64,000 nucleotides of DNA from positions 9,734,001 to 9,798,000 of the forward strand of contig OZ024756.1 of the NCBI GenBank assembly GCA_964016885.1, read 5' to 3'. The notes under the pieces were generated by a model that was not told the DNA's origin, did not search any database, and worked only from the letters and a program-made list of their open reading frames with translations. The position numbers and the translations under genes are program-made. Positions 1 to 11,800 of this stretch are shown here, piece by piece (position 1 is the first letter of the stretch; each line of letters opens with the position of its first letter). The stretch comes from Eledone cirrhosa. Lineage: Eukaryota.

Positions 1-392
1 GCCGATCCCCACGTGGAGTCAGCAATAGTCAGTCCTTGTATTAACATTGAACTAAAACCTGTTGAGAAAGTGGCTTCCTTGTTCAATCATCTTACCAGAA
101 GCCTGACATTATTTATGTAAGCGGACGGTACTTGATTTAGGAGCCGCAGAAACCCAAATACTGGATTTTACCAACCTTCCAGGGGTCCGGGTAAATTTTT
201 CAATACCCGAATTACTTGATCGTTTTTTTGGGGCTATGCGAATGATTGTTTGACCATCGTCTCAGTGTGTTTGGCCTTTAACGTTTGTTATAGCTCTGTT
301 TCATCTGAATCATTGAGCACTTGCCTCACATCTCGGAAGTTGTTTTTCGTTATTTCGTGGGCCGAAATGTGAATCTCGATAATTTATGTTTG

Positions 393-417
<25 letters not shown>

Positions 418-424
<7 letters not shown>

Positions 425-1224
425 TAACAAATGGAAACTATATTTATAAAACCATATTTATTTCATTATACATATTTCAAGGACACCAAAGCAAATTATG
501 GTGCGCTTTCATGAGATAAAATATAATATAGATCAGTTTTATAAACAAATATTGACATACCCTTAAAGAATGCAACCATGTCGGTTGGAAGCTCTCGGAT
601 AGTGGGGTTACTAATTTTATTATTGGTCTATTATGTAAATTAGTGTCGGAAAGGTTTAAATCCCATACATTTAAATTAAGCCGGTTATTACTATTTATTT
701 ATTTATTTACTTCGCGTAATTAATCCAATATATATTTATCTTTTCGCTTCATCAGCTCATAAAATTACGTTAATACAACACTCTCTCACTTAGGGTTTTC
801 TCTCTTTCTCTTTCTTTTCTTTTGTTTTTCTTTCGTTCTTTCTTTTTCCTTTTCTTTTTTCCCTATTCCAACGGCTTAATTTAAATGTATGGGATTTAAA
901 CCTCTCCAACACTTATTTGCATAATAGACCAATAATAAAATTAGTAACCCCACTATCCGGGATCTTCCAACCGACATGGTTGCATTCTTTAAGGGTATGT
1001 CAATATTTGTTTATAAAACTGATCTATATTATATTTTATCTGATGAAAGCGCACCATAATTTGCTTTGGTGTCCTTGAAATATGTATAATGAAATAAATA
1101 TGGTTTTATAAATATAGTTTCCATTTGTTAATATATTGTATTTTTACTCCAAACTTTGGTTGAGTGCTTTATATCAGTTATAAAAATATTTGCATGTTGT
1201 ATCCCAACAAATTAAATATAACTT

Positions 1225-1229
<5 letters not shown>
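418..1229 (+). mobile_element. Fold-back module family A (PLE pLTR-like, non-autonomous): ~265-bp inverted arms (418-683 / 871-1137) plus unique tail, flanked by (TA)n
   Basis: Arms are near-exact reverse complements (aatatattaacaaatggaaac...aattaagccg / cggcttaatt...gtttccatttgttaatatatt). Contains a hammerhead motif. Same family at 17941, 37370 and 54528. Confidence 0.75.
1032..1096 (+). ncRNA. Type-I hammerhead ribozyme motif (family A)
   Basis: TATTTTAT-CTGATGA-aagcgcacca...tggtgtcctt-GAAA-TATGTA-TA-ATGAAATA; stem I pairs with a G.U wobble. The left-arm minus-strand copy has a mutated core (CTCATGA). Confidence 0.7.
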
Positions 1230-1254
<25 letters not shown>

Positions 1255-1256
<2 letters not shown>

Positions 1257-1452
1257 TAATATAGATGAGATTCTACAGGACCAGAACTGTTTCATTCTTT
1301 AGAAATCATCAGGAATCAGAGATTCCTGATGATTTCTAAAGAATGAAACAATTCTAGTCCTGTAGAATCTCATCTATATTAAAACTTTTATACTCTGCAA
1401 TGTATTGAGTACCTTACTTACTGTGGTTACCTCCGATTCAACCCGGAATAAC

Positions 1453-1453
<1 letters not shown>
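1255..1453 (+). mobile_element. Fold-back module family C: ~130-bp near-perfect palindrome plus tail, with hammerhead-like core CTGATGA(1326)...GAAAC...GTC(1359)
   Basis: Palindrome centred on ggaatc-aga-gattcc. Related copy at 54300-54505. Stem I pairing is unclear. Confidence 0.55.
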
Positions 1454-1521
<68 letters not shown>

Positions 1522-1535
1522 TATATATATATAAA

Positions 1536-1820
1536 TTACTTTAAATAAGATCATAATTCTTTCTAGACTGGTTGTCTTTGATTAAGAAGTCTTATGAGAA
1601 AATTGGGGCTGGAGTCGATCGAGTCTATAACACTGTTCGTAACTGAGCCTAATCAACCTTGTTTTATTCTTCTTAATATCTCATTCTATCATCTGATGAA
1701 GGACTAGTGTCCAAAAAATTAAGACTCTTTTCCTGTTATTTCAAGCATTAAATTAATATCATATATTTATTCATTGTACTGTGTCATTTGCTTTGTTATT
1801 TCTGTTTACTTTTTACAAAC
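1536..1820 (+). mobile_element. Degenerate pLTR-like module in (TA)n with a decayed hammerhead core
   Basis: ctgatga-aggactagtgtcc-aaaaaa at ~1693; the GAAA is mutated. Confidence 0.35.
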
Positions 1821-1947
1821 ATATATATAAATGTGTGTATATATATATCATCATCATCATCATCATCATCATCATTTTATGTCCACTTTTCCCTGCTTGC
1901 AAGGGTGGGATGGGGCTTATTCAACACAGCATATATATATATATATA

Positions 1948-2090
1948 TCAGAATGGAAGCGGTAAAAACCAGTTAGACCATTACTCACTAGAGTACTCGA
2001 TACTTGTGGTAGTAGAAACACCTAGATCCTTTCGGATCCAGCTGTTGAAATGGCCAGAGCTCAGCCGTCAGGGTCCTGAATTTTTTTAAA
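1948..2090. mobile_element. Short (TA)n-embedded repeat, related to 62000-62166 with an internal segment inverted
   Basis: Shares gagtactc(g/a)atactt...gtagtagaa with 62000-62166. gatccagctgttgaaatggccagagctcagccgtcagggtcctga is the approximate reverse complement of 62090-62134. Confidence 0.5.
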
Positions 2091-2100
2091 ATATATATAT

Positions 2101-2148
<48 letters not shown>

Positions 2149-2151
<3 letters not shown>

Positions 2152-2470
2152 GGAGGTGAGTTTTATTTTAGTACAATAAAGCAATGCAGATATCGGATAA
2201 GTAGCACTCTACAGTTTGTAGGACTGGAGTATAAATAATAATATATAAGATCAAAAGATGGTTAAAAGAGTTCCATGTATTTTATTATGCGCATATGTTG
2301 ATTTAAAACTGCACTATTCACAAGTGTGTTTTAACCTTCATATCATGTCTCCCTATTTTATCTGATGAAAACGCAAATGTTATTGCATGATGATATTTGT
2401 TTTTGAAATGGGCATAATAAAATACATGGAACTCTTTTAACCATCTTTTGATCTTATATATTATTATATA
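2149..2470 (+). mobile_element. Fold-back module family B, copy 1, with hammerhead motif at 2354-2424
   Basis: Inverted ~55-bp arms (aagatcaaaagatggttaaaagagttccatg / catggaactcttttaaccatc). TATTTTAT-CTGATGA-stem II-GAAA-TGGGCA-TA-ATAAAATA. Confidence 0.7.
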
Positions 2471-2499
2471 TATATATATAACATTATATATATATATAT

Positions 2500-3001
2500 A
2501 ACATCCAGGCCGAAACAAATGAGATCGTGTAGGTGTCACGACAAAAAACACACAGTCCACGCTGTAAATGTGGCCGTGTAGGCAACACGGTAAAAACCTC
2601 CCAGCCCCACACTGTAAATGTGGTTGGTGTTAGGAAGGGCATCCAGCTGTAGAAAACCCGCCAGACAGTCCACGCTGTAATGTGGCCGTGTAGGCAACAC
2701 GGTAAAAACCTCCCAGCCCCACACTGTAAATGTGGTTGGTGTTAGGAAGGGCATCCAGCTGTAGAAAACCCGCCAGACAGTCCACGCTGTAATGTGGCCG
2801 TGTAGGCAACACGGTAAAAACCTCCCAGCCCCACACTGTAAACATGGTTGGTGTTAGGAAGGGCATCCAACTGTAGAAAACCCGCCAGACAGTCCTATGC
2901 GAGCAAGACAACCACTCTTGCCTCAAGTGGGAAAACCCCCGTCCAAACCCATGCAAGCGTGGAACACGGACGCTAAACCTGATGATGATGATGATGATGA
3001 T
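2500..3001 (+). mobile_element. RTE LINE 3' UTR fragment with an internal ~112-bp triplication and (GAT)n tail
   Basis: Matches the 3' UTR at 6846-7118; the duplicated unit is bounded by acagtcc. Confidence 0.85.
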
Positions 3002-3157
3002 TTATTAAAATAACAGATTAAAGTTTAAGCAAAGAATCGCTGCTTTCACCCTTAACGGGATCTTCTGAAACTATTTGCTCTACGGTTCTTATATATTTGA
3101 TATATATTTATCTTTATCGAGCCCTCTTTGGATTTTAGTCTTCAAATTTATTATTAT

Positions 3158-3160
<3 letters not shown>
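3001..3160 (-). mobile_element. Internally deleted derivative of the PLE-like element at 57066-58397
   Basis: 3001-3073 is the reverse complement of 58325-58397; 3118-3160 is the reverse complement of 57066-57110. Confidence 0.75.
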
Positions 3161-3195
<35 letters not shown>

Positions 3196-3699
3196 ATATA
3201 TATTCTTCTTTTATGGTGTACAAGTTTGAGGAAGGGACCAACCCAGTGCCATTAAAGTTCCACAGAAAAAATGGAGGAGCAAAAATAAATAAATAGATAA
3301 AATAAATAAATAATATAAAATATATAACTAGGATAAAAATACAATAAATATAATATATAAATATATAAATAAAAGAAAACACATTCTTCTCTGGCCCTGT
3401 TTTCTGTTCATTCTTTCTATTTTTATTGGTGTTTTTGTTTGGTTTTGCTGTACAGTAAAGCAGCTATTCCTTGCAGACTCTGAATAATTGTTAAGTTGAT
3501 TCCCACCTTTAACTGCTACACAAACTAGGAGGAACATATGTGCAAAGTACGTTCCAGTTGGCTGACTTCTGGGAACATTAACACTGTATGGGTGGTGGTT
3601 TGCTTAGAAAAATGTTTCTATGAGAGAGAAGAGGGGAGAGAAGAGGGAAAAGGAGAGGAGAGAGAGGAGGAAAGAGAGGAGAGAGTGAGAATAGAAATA

Positions 3700-3798
3700 T
3701 AACATATATATATGTATATATATGTTATATATATGTATGTATATATGTATATATATGTTATATATATGTATGTATATATGTATATATATATATATACG

Positions 3799-3833
<35 letters not shown>

Positions 3834-3865
3834 GTATATATATATACACACACATACACACACAC

Positions 3866-3903
<38 letters not shown>

Positions 3904-3975
3904 TTATATATATATATATACGTATATATATATATATATATATATATACCTATATTTATATATATATATATATAC

Positions 3976-4013
<38 letters not shown>

Positions 4014-4058
4014 TTATATATATATACGTATATATATATATATATATATATATACCTA

Positions 4059-4131
<73 letters not shown>
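3700..4131. repeat. (TA)n-rich microsatellite
   Basis: Directly visible; the source of the YIYI ORFs. Confidence 0.95.
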
Positions 4132-4134
<3 letters not shown>

Positions 4135-4437
4135 GGAGGTGAGTTTTATTGTAGTACAATAAAGCAATGCAGATATCGGATAAGAAGCACTCTACAGTTT
4201 GTAGGACTGGAGTATAAATAATAATATATAAGATCAAAAGATGGTTAAAAGAGTTCCATGTATTTTATTATGCGCATTTGTTGATTTAAAACTGCACTAT
4301 TCACAAGTGTATTTTAATCTTCATATCATGTCTTCCTATTTTATCTGATGAAAACACAAATGTTATTGCATGATGATATTTGTTTTTGAAATACGCATAA
4401 TAAAATACATGGAACTCTTTTAACCATCTTTTAATCT

Positions 4438-4450
<13 letters not shown>
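4132..4450 (+). mobile_element. Fold-back module family B, copy 2
   Basis: Near-identical to 2149-2470; flanked by (TA)n. Confidence 0.75.
4337..4407 (+). ncRNA. Type-I hammerhead ribozyme motif (family B)
   Basis: TATTTTAT-CTGATGA-aaacacaaat...atttgttttt-GAAA-TACGCA-TA-ATAAAATA: perfect 8-bp stem I, long stem II. The inverted arm reads ATGCGCAT (palindromic) at the stem III position. Confidence 0.75.
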
Positions 4451-4473
<23 letters not shown>

Positions 4474-4519
4474 TATTCAAAATATTAACAAATGAATATA
4501 TTCACATAATCAAAATATA

Positions 4520-4588
4520 TGTTTTATTATATATATTTCAAAGGTACTGTGTTGGTTTTTTTCCAGTACGTCCTCGTCAGATAAAATA
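4520..4588 (-). ncRNA. Type-I hammerhead ribozyme motif (family D), within module 4470-4660
   Basis: Minus strand: TATTTTAT-CTGACGA-ggacgtactg...cagtaccttt-GAAA-TATATA-TA-ATAAAACA. Second copy at ~46555-46730 has GAAA changed to TAAA. Confidence 0.7.
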
Positions 4589-4664
4589 TATGATTTGATA
4601 TATGACATACCTCTACGGTCTTCATATTTCAATTCCAGTATTGGCAGGAATCTTTGGTTGTACG

Positions 4665-4970
<306 letters not shown>

Positions 4971-4988
4971 TATATATATATATATATA

Positions 4989-5326
4989 TCATCATCATCA
5001 TCATTTCATTTTACGTCCGCTTTTTCCCTGCTTGCAAGGGTGGGACGGGAACTGATTCTGGCTTGATTTCTACAGCTGGATGCCCTTCCTAACACCAACC
5101 TCATTTACAGTGAGTGCTGGGTGCTTTTTTGCCGTGGCACCTCCACGACCACTTTGCAGTGGAATGATAGGAACCCCAGTCATCTCATTTCTACAGCTGA
5201 GTAAACTGGAGCAATGTGAAATAAAGTGTCTTGCTCAAGGAAACAACACATCACCCGGTCTGAGAATTGAACTCACAACCTTTCGATTGCAAGACCAATG
5301 CTCTAACCACTAAGCCATGTGCCTCC
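4989..5326 (-). mobile_element. tRNA-derived SINE family 1 (RTE-derived 3' tail)
   Basis: Head has A box TGGCTTAGTGG and B box GAGTTCAATTC; core ccttgagcaagacac; 3' part shared with RTE 3' ends. Other copies at 53950 and 61066. Confidence 0.85.
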
Positions 5327-5464
5327 ATCTGAGGGTTCTAAACCCCATATGTATATATATATGTATATATATATATATATGTGTATATATATATGTGTAT
5401 ATATATGTATATCTATGCATAAATGTGTGTATATATATATGTATATATATGCATATATGTGTGT

Positions 5465-7118
5465 ATACAACTACAGGAGAAGTACCTAGCTAAAAGTAAA
5501 CCCCTATACTTAGCTTTCGTCGACTTGGAGAAAGCCTTCGACAGAGTCCCCCGTTCCATTATCTGGTGGTCTCTTAGAAAACTAGGTGTTGACGAATGGC
5601 TTGTGAGAGCTATACAAGCCATGTATAAAGAAACAGTCAGTAAGGTTAGAATTAACAACGAATATAGTGAAGAGTTTAGCGTAAAAGTTGGTGTCCATCA
5701 GGGCCCTGTTCTTAGCCCCCTACTATTTATTATTGCCCTTCAGGCTATAACAGAGGAGTTCAAGACCGGCTGCCCATGGGAACTCCTATACGCAGATGAT
5801 CTAACGCTCATAGCTGAATCAATGACCGAACTAGAGAAGAAATTCCAAACATGGAAGCACGGCCTAGAATCAAAAGGCCTTAAAATTAACCTGGCTAAGA
5901 CAAAAGTTCTAGTTTGTAGGAAAGAAAATATGGCGGCAGTCCCATCTGGGAAATAGCCATGCTCAGTGTGTAGGAAAGGCGTAGGTAGAAACTCCATTTT
6001 ATGTCCCAAATGCAAAGTATGGGTGCATAAAAGATGTAGTGGGATCACAGGTAAGCTAACTAAGAACATAGATTTTACATGTGGCCGGTGCTCTGGTGCA
6101 ATAAGTAGCAGCAAGTGCCCACAAATACTAGCTCCTTCAACTGCGCAGAGGGTTCTATAGAAATAGTGGACAGCTTCCGTTACCTGGGTGACAAAATCAG
6201 CAGTGGGGGAGGGTGCTCTGAAAGTACAGTAGCTAGAGTCAGAACTGGATGGAAAAAGTTCAGAGAGCTTATACCACTATTAGCCGCTAGAGGGTTCTCC
6301 CTAAAAATGAAAGGCAGGTTATACGATGCCTGCATACGAACAGCAATGCTGCATGGCAGTGAGACCTGGGCATTGTGTGCAGAGGATATACGCAGACTAG
6401 AGAGGAACGAAGCTTGCATGCTCCGCTGGATGTGCAATAGTAATATACGTGAACGACAAAGCATAAACGAACTAAGGAAAAAATTAGAAATAAGAGGGAT
6501 CAGATGTTGTTTACTCGAGAGAAGGCTACGTTGGTACGGTCACGTGATGCGCATGAAAGACGACAGCTGTATAACAAAGTGCAGGGCAATAAAGATAGAC
6601 GGTAGCCACGGAGTAGGCAGACCCAGAAAAACATGGGACGAGCTGATAAATTCCGACCTCACACGCTTACACCTCTCCAAGACAATGTCACTGGACCGAG
6701 ACCTTTGGCGGTACTCAGTAATAGAGAAGACCCGCCTTACCTAAATACAAAGTAAAAACCTCAAAACACCCCCCCCCCCCCCCCGTCCCACCACCTCCAC
6801 CCCATCCACACCGCCCCTTTCAATGTACAGTTATGTTGGTCCCACAACATCCAGGTCGAAACAAATGAGATCGTGTAGGTGTCACGACAAAAAAACACAC
6901 AGTCCACGCTGTAAATGTGGCCGTGTAGGCAACACGGTAAAAACCTCCCAGCCCCACACTGTAAATGTGGTTGGTGTTAGGAAGGGCATCCAACTGTAGA
7001 AAGCCCGCCAGACGGTCCTATGCGAGCAAGACAACCACTCTTGCCTCAAGTGGGAAAACCCCCGTCCAAACCCATGCAAGCGTGGAACACGGACACTAAA
7101 CCTGATGATGATGATGAT
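5465..7118 (+). mobile_element. 5'-truncated RTE LINE: RT (DLEKAFD, YADD), PHD-like finger, C-terminus, 3' UTR and (GAT)n tail; disrupted
   Basis: ORFs 5423-5956, 5966-6160 and 6115-6744 join into one RTE ORF broken by a stop codon and a frameshift. Confidence 0.92.
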
Positions 7119-7146
7119 ATATGTGTATATATATATATATATACAA

Positions 7147-7710
7147 TCTGTTTCATGGTCGGGTCGTTGGCGACTAAACTGGCAACCCCACCAAGGTTTC
7201 TTGGTGAGGAGGGTGACTTTGGACATCCTGCAGGACTAAAAACAAAACCTGTCAAAGGGCAAAGGAGCTCTTAAGAGTCAATGGCCATCCAAAATCACTG
7301 GGAGAGATGACCCCTTAGCCTTTGTCAAGGCAGAATTCTAGGAGAAGGAAAACTCTGATATAACACCTGCAACCCTGATGGTATCCAATGAAGTTGACTT
7401 GTTCTTCTTTTTGGTAAATATCATCTTGGTTAAGAGAGTGGGACTGGCTTTGTGCAGTGCCTTTGCTCACTATAAAAGCTTCATGGCACAGGCATTGCTT
7501 TATATCTGGAGATCTCTCTGCACTTGTCGTTACATAGTACCATGGGCCCAGCACTATGTGTCAATAATCGTCACAAGTGTAATGTTTATACCAGAGTTTT
7601 CAAGTCGCTGGCTGGACTAAAAAGTCACACTCGTTCAGCGCATCAGTAGGGGTTCTCCTACATGGATATAAAGTAGTGGCCTTACTCGAAAATGAGTTGG
7701 CAGCCACCAT
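7147..7710 (+). mobile_element. Short internally deleted RTE/BovB-like element (5'-UTR-like part plus 3' C2H2 remnant) in (TA)n
   Basis: 5' motif ctaggagaaggaaaactctga resembles RTE 5' UTRs from recall. 7569-7649 translates RHKCNVYTRVFKSLAGLKSHTRSAHQ*. Confidence 0.55.
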
Positions 7711-8156
7711 ATATATATATATATATAAATCTGAGGATATGTGTGTTAAGGTTTGTAACGGATTCATGTCCACAATTTCTAACGGATTCTATTCAAAGTC
7801 GGGACAATTATTGCTTTTGGTCAGGAAAAGGTCAAAAATTTCAAATCCATCAACAATAAGGTCAAAATTCGATCATGATCATTCCCCCTCTCTATAATTT
7901 AACTGCTTTACTCTCTCTGTTGCTCTTCACTCCCTATATGACAACACTGTCACGTGAACAAGTACATTAAATTTCGGACCCGTATTTCGGAATTTTTTAT
8001 AGCCATTTAGAGAATTTTGTGCCAAACAAAAGATAATGGTCAAGAAAGAGGGATGGAGAGAGTTATTCTGAGTATGACTGATGTGCTAAAATGTAATTTC
8101 ATTTATAACCAATCAAATTACATTTCATTAGTACTAGACGTCTAATCTAAAACAAA

Positions 8157-8879
<723 letters not shown>

Positions 8880-11800
8880 GCCATGACGGCCTACCTAATG
8901 TAGTGGGTGTTGACAGCATATGGACCCCTGACCAATGGAAATTTGAACCTCCACGGAAAGTGAAAGAATACATGCTCCAGTGCATTTAGATAAGTGCTAG
9001 GACAAGGCCCCACGACAGCCAGGAGGTAGTAGATGACACGATGTATGTGTTCACCACCGACCATTCAATAGATAAGTGCTAGGACAAGGCCCCACGACAG
9101 CCAGGAGGTAGTAGATGACACGATGTATGTGTTCACCACCGACCATTCAATAGATAAGTGCTAGGACAAGGCCCCACGACAGCCAGGAGGTAGTAGATGA
9201 CACGATGTATGTGTTCACCATCAACCACTCAATAGATAAGTGCTAGGACAAGGCACGACAGCCAGGAGGTAGTAGATGAAACGATGTATGTGTTCACCAT
9301 CAACCACTCAATAGATAAGTGCTAGGACAAGGCACGACAGCCAAGCGGTAGTAGATGACACGATGTATGTGGTCACCACCGACCATTCAATAGATAAGTG
9401 CTAGGACAAGGCCCCACGACAGCCAGGAGGTAGTAGATGACACGATGTATGTGTTCACCATCAACCACTCAATAGATAAGTGCTAGGACAAGGCACGACA
9501 GCCAAGCGGTAGTAGATGACACGATGTATGTGGTCACCACCGACCATTCAATAGATAAGTGCTAGGACAAGGCCCCACGACAGCCAGGAGGTAGTAGATG
9601 ACACGATGTATGTGTTCACCACCGACCATTCAATAGATAAGTGCTAGGACAAGGCACGACAGCCAGGAGGTAGTAGATGAAACGATGTATGTGTTCACCA
9701 CCGACCATTCAATAGATAAGTGCTAGGACAAGGCCCCACGACAGCCAGGAGGTAGTAGATGACACGATGTATGTGTTCACCACCGACTATTCCATAGATA
9801 AGTGCTAGGACAAGGCCCCACGACAGCCAGGAGGTAGTAGATGACACGATGTATGTGTTCACCACCGACTATTCCATAGATAAGTGCTAGGACAAGACAC
9901 GACAGCCAGGAGGTAGTAGATGACACGATGTATGTGGTCACCACCGACCATTCAATAGATAAGTGCTAGGACAAGGCACGACAGCCAGGAGGTAGTAGAT
10001 GACACGATGTATGTGTTCACCACCGACCATTCAATAGATAAGTGCTAGGACAAGGCCCCACGACAGCCAGGAGGTAGTAGATGACACGATGTATGTGTTC
10101 ACCACCGACTATTCCATAGATAAGTGCTAGGACAAGGCCCCACGACAGCCAGGAGGTAGTAGATGACACGATGTATGTGTTCACCACCGACTATTCCATA
10201 GATAAGTGCTAGGACAAGACACGACAGCCAGGAGGTAGTAGATGACACGATGTATGTGGTCACCACCGACCATTCAATAGATAAGTGCTAGGACAAGGCA
10301 CGACAGCCAGGAGGTAGTAGATGACACGATGTATGTGTTCACCACCGACCATTCAATAGATAAGTGCTAGGACAAGGCCCCACGACAGACAGGAGGTAGT
10401 AGATGACACGATGTATGTGTTCACCACCCACCATTCCATAGATAAGTGCTAGGACAAGACACGACAGCCAGGAGGTAGTAGATGACACGATGTATGTGTT
10501 CACCACCCACCATTCCATAGATAAGTGCTAGGACAAGACACGACAGCCAGGAGGTAGTAGATGACACGATGTATGTGTTCACCACCGACCATTCAATAGA
10601 TATGTGCTAGGACAAGGCACGACAGCCAGGAGGTAGTAGATGACACGATGTATGTCTTCACCACCGACCATTCAATAGATAAGTGCTAGGACAAGGCAGG
10701 ACAGCCAGGAGGTAGTAGATGACACGATGTATGTGTTCACCACCGACCATTCAATAGATAAATGCTAGGACAAGGCACGACAGCCAGGAGGTAGTAGATG
10801 ACACGATGTATGTGTTCACCACCGACAATTCGATAGATAAATGCTAGGACAAGGCCCCACGACAGCCAGGAGGTAGTAGATGACACGATGTATGTGTTCA
10901 CCATCGACCATTCAATAGATAAGTGCTAGGACAAGGCACGACAGCCAGGAGGTAGTAGATGACACGATCTATGTGTTCACCACCGACCATTCAATAGATA
11001 AGTGCTAGGACAAGGCACGACAGCCAGGAGGTAGTAGATGACACGATCTATGTGTTCACCACCGACCATTCAATAGATAAGTGCTAGGACAAGGCACGAC
11101 AGCCAGGAGGTAGTAGATGACACGATGTATGTGTTCACCACCGACCATTCAATAGATAAGTGCTAGGACAAGGCCCCACGACAGCCAGGAGGTAGTAGAT
11201 GACACGATGTATGTGTTCACCACCGACCATTCAATAGACAAGTGCTAGGACAAGGCCCCACGACAGCCAGGCGGTAGTAGATGACACGATGTATGTGCGC
11301 ACCACCGACCATTCAATAGATAAGTGCTAGGACAAGGCACGACAGCCAGGAGGTAGTAGATGACACGATGTATGTGTTCACCACCCACCATTCCATAGAT
11401 AAGTGCTAGGACAAGGCACGACAGCCAGGAGGTAGTAGATGACACGATGTATGTGTTCACCACCGACCATTCAATATATAAGTGCTAGGACAAGGCACGA
11501 CAGCCAGGAGGTAGTAGATGACACGATCTATGTGTTCACCACCGACCATTCAATAGATAAGTGCTAGGACAAGGCACGACAGCCAGGAGGTAGTAGATGA
11601 CACGATGTATCTGTTCACCACCAGCCATTCAATAGATAAGTGCTAGGACAAGGCCCCACGACAGCCAGGAGGTAGTAGATGACACGATGTATGTGTTCAC
11701 CACCGACCATTCAATAGATAAGTGCTAGGACAAGGCCCCACGACAGCCAGGCGGTAGTAGATGACACGATGTATGTGTTCACCACCGACCATTCAATAGA

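Noticed and set aside
1-390. Possible coding or TE fragment at the window start
   Set aside because: No ORF or motif I could recognise.
7569-7649. Host C2H2 zinc-finger gene exon
   Set aside because: Single degenerate finger at the end of a short TA-embedded element; better explained as a LINE C-terminal remnant.
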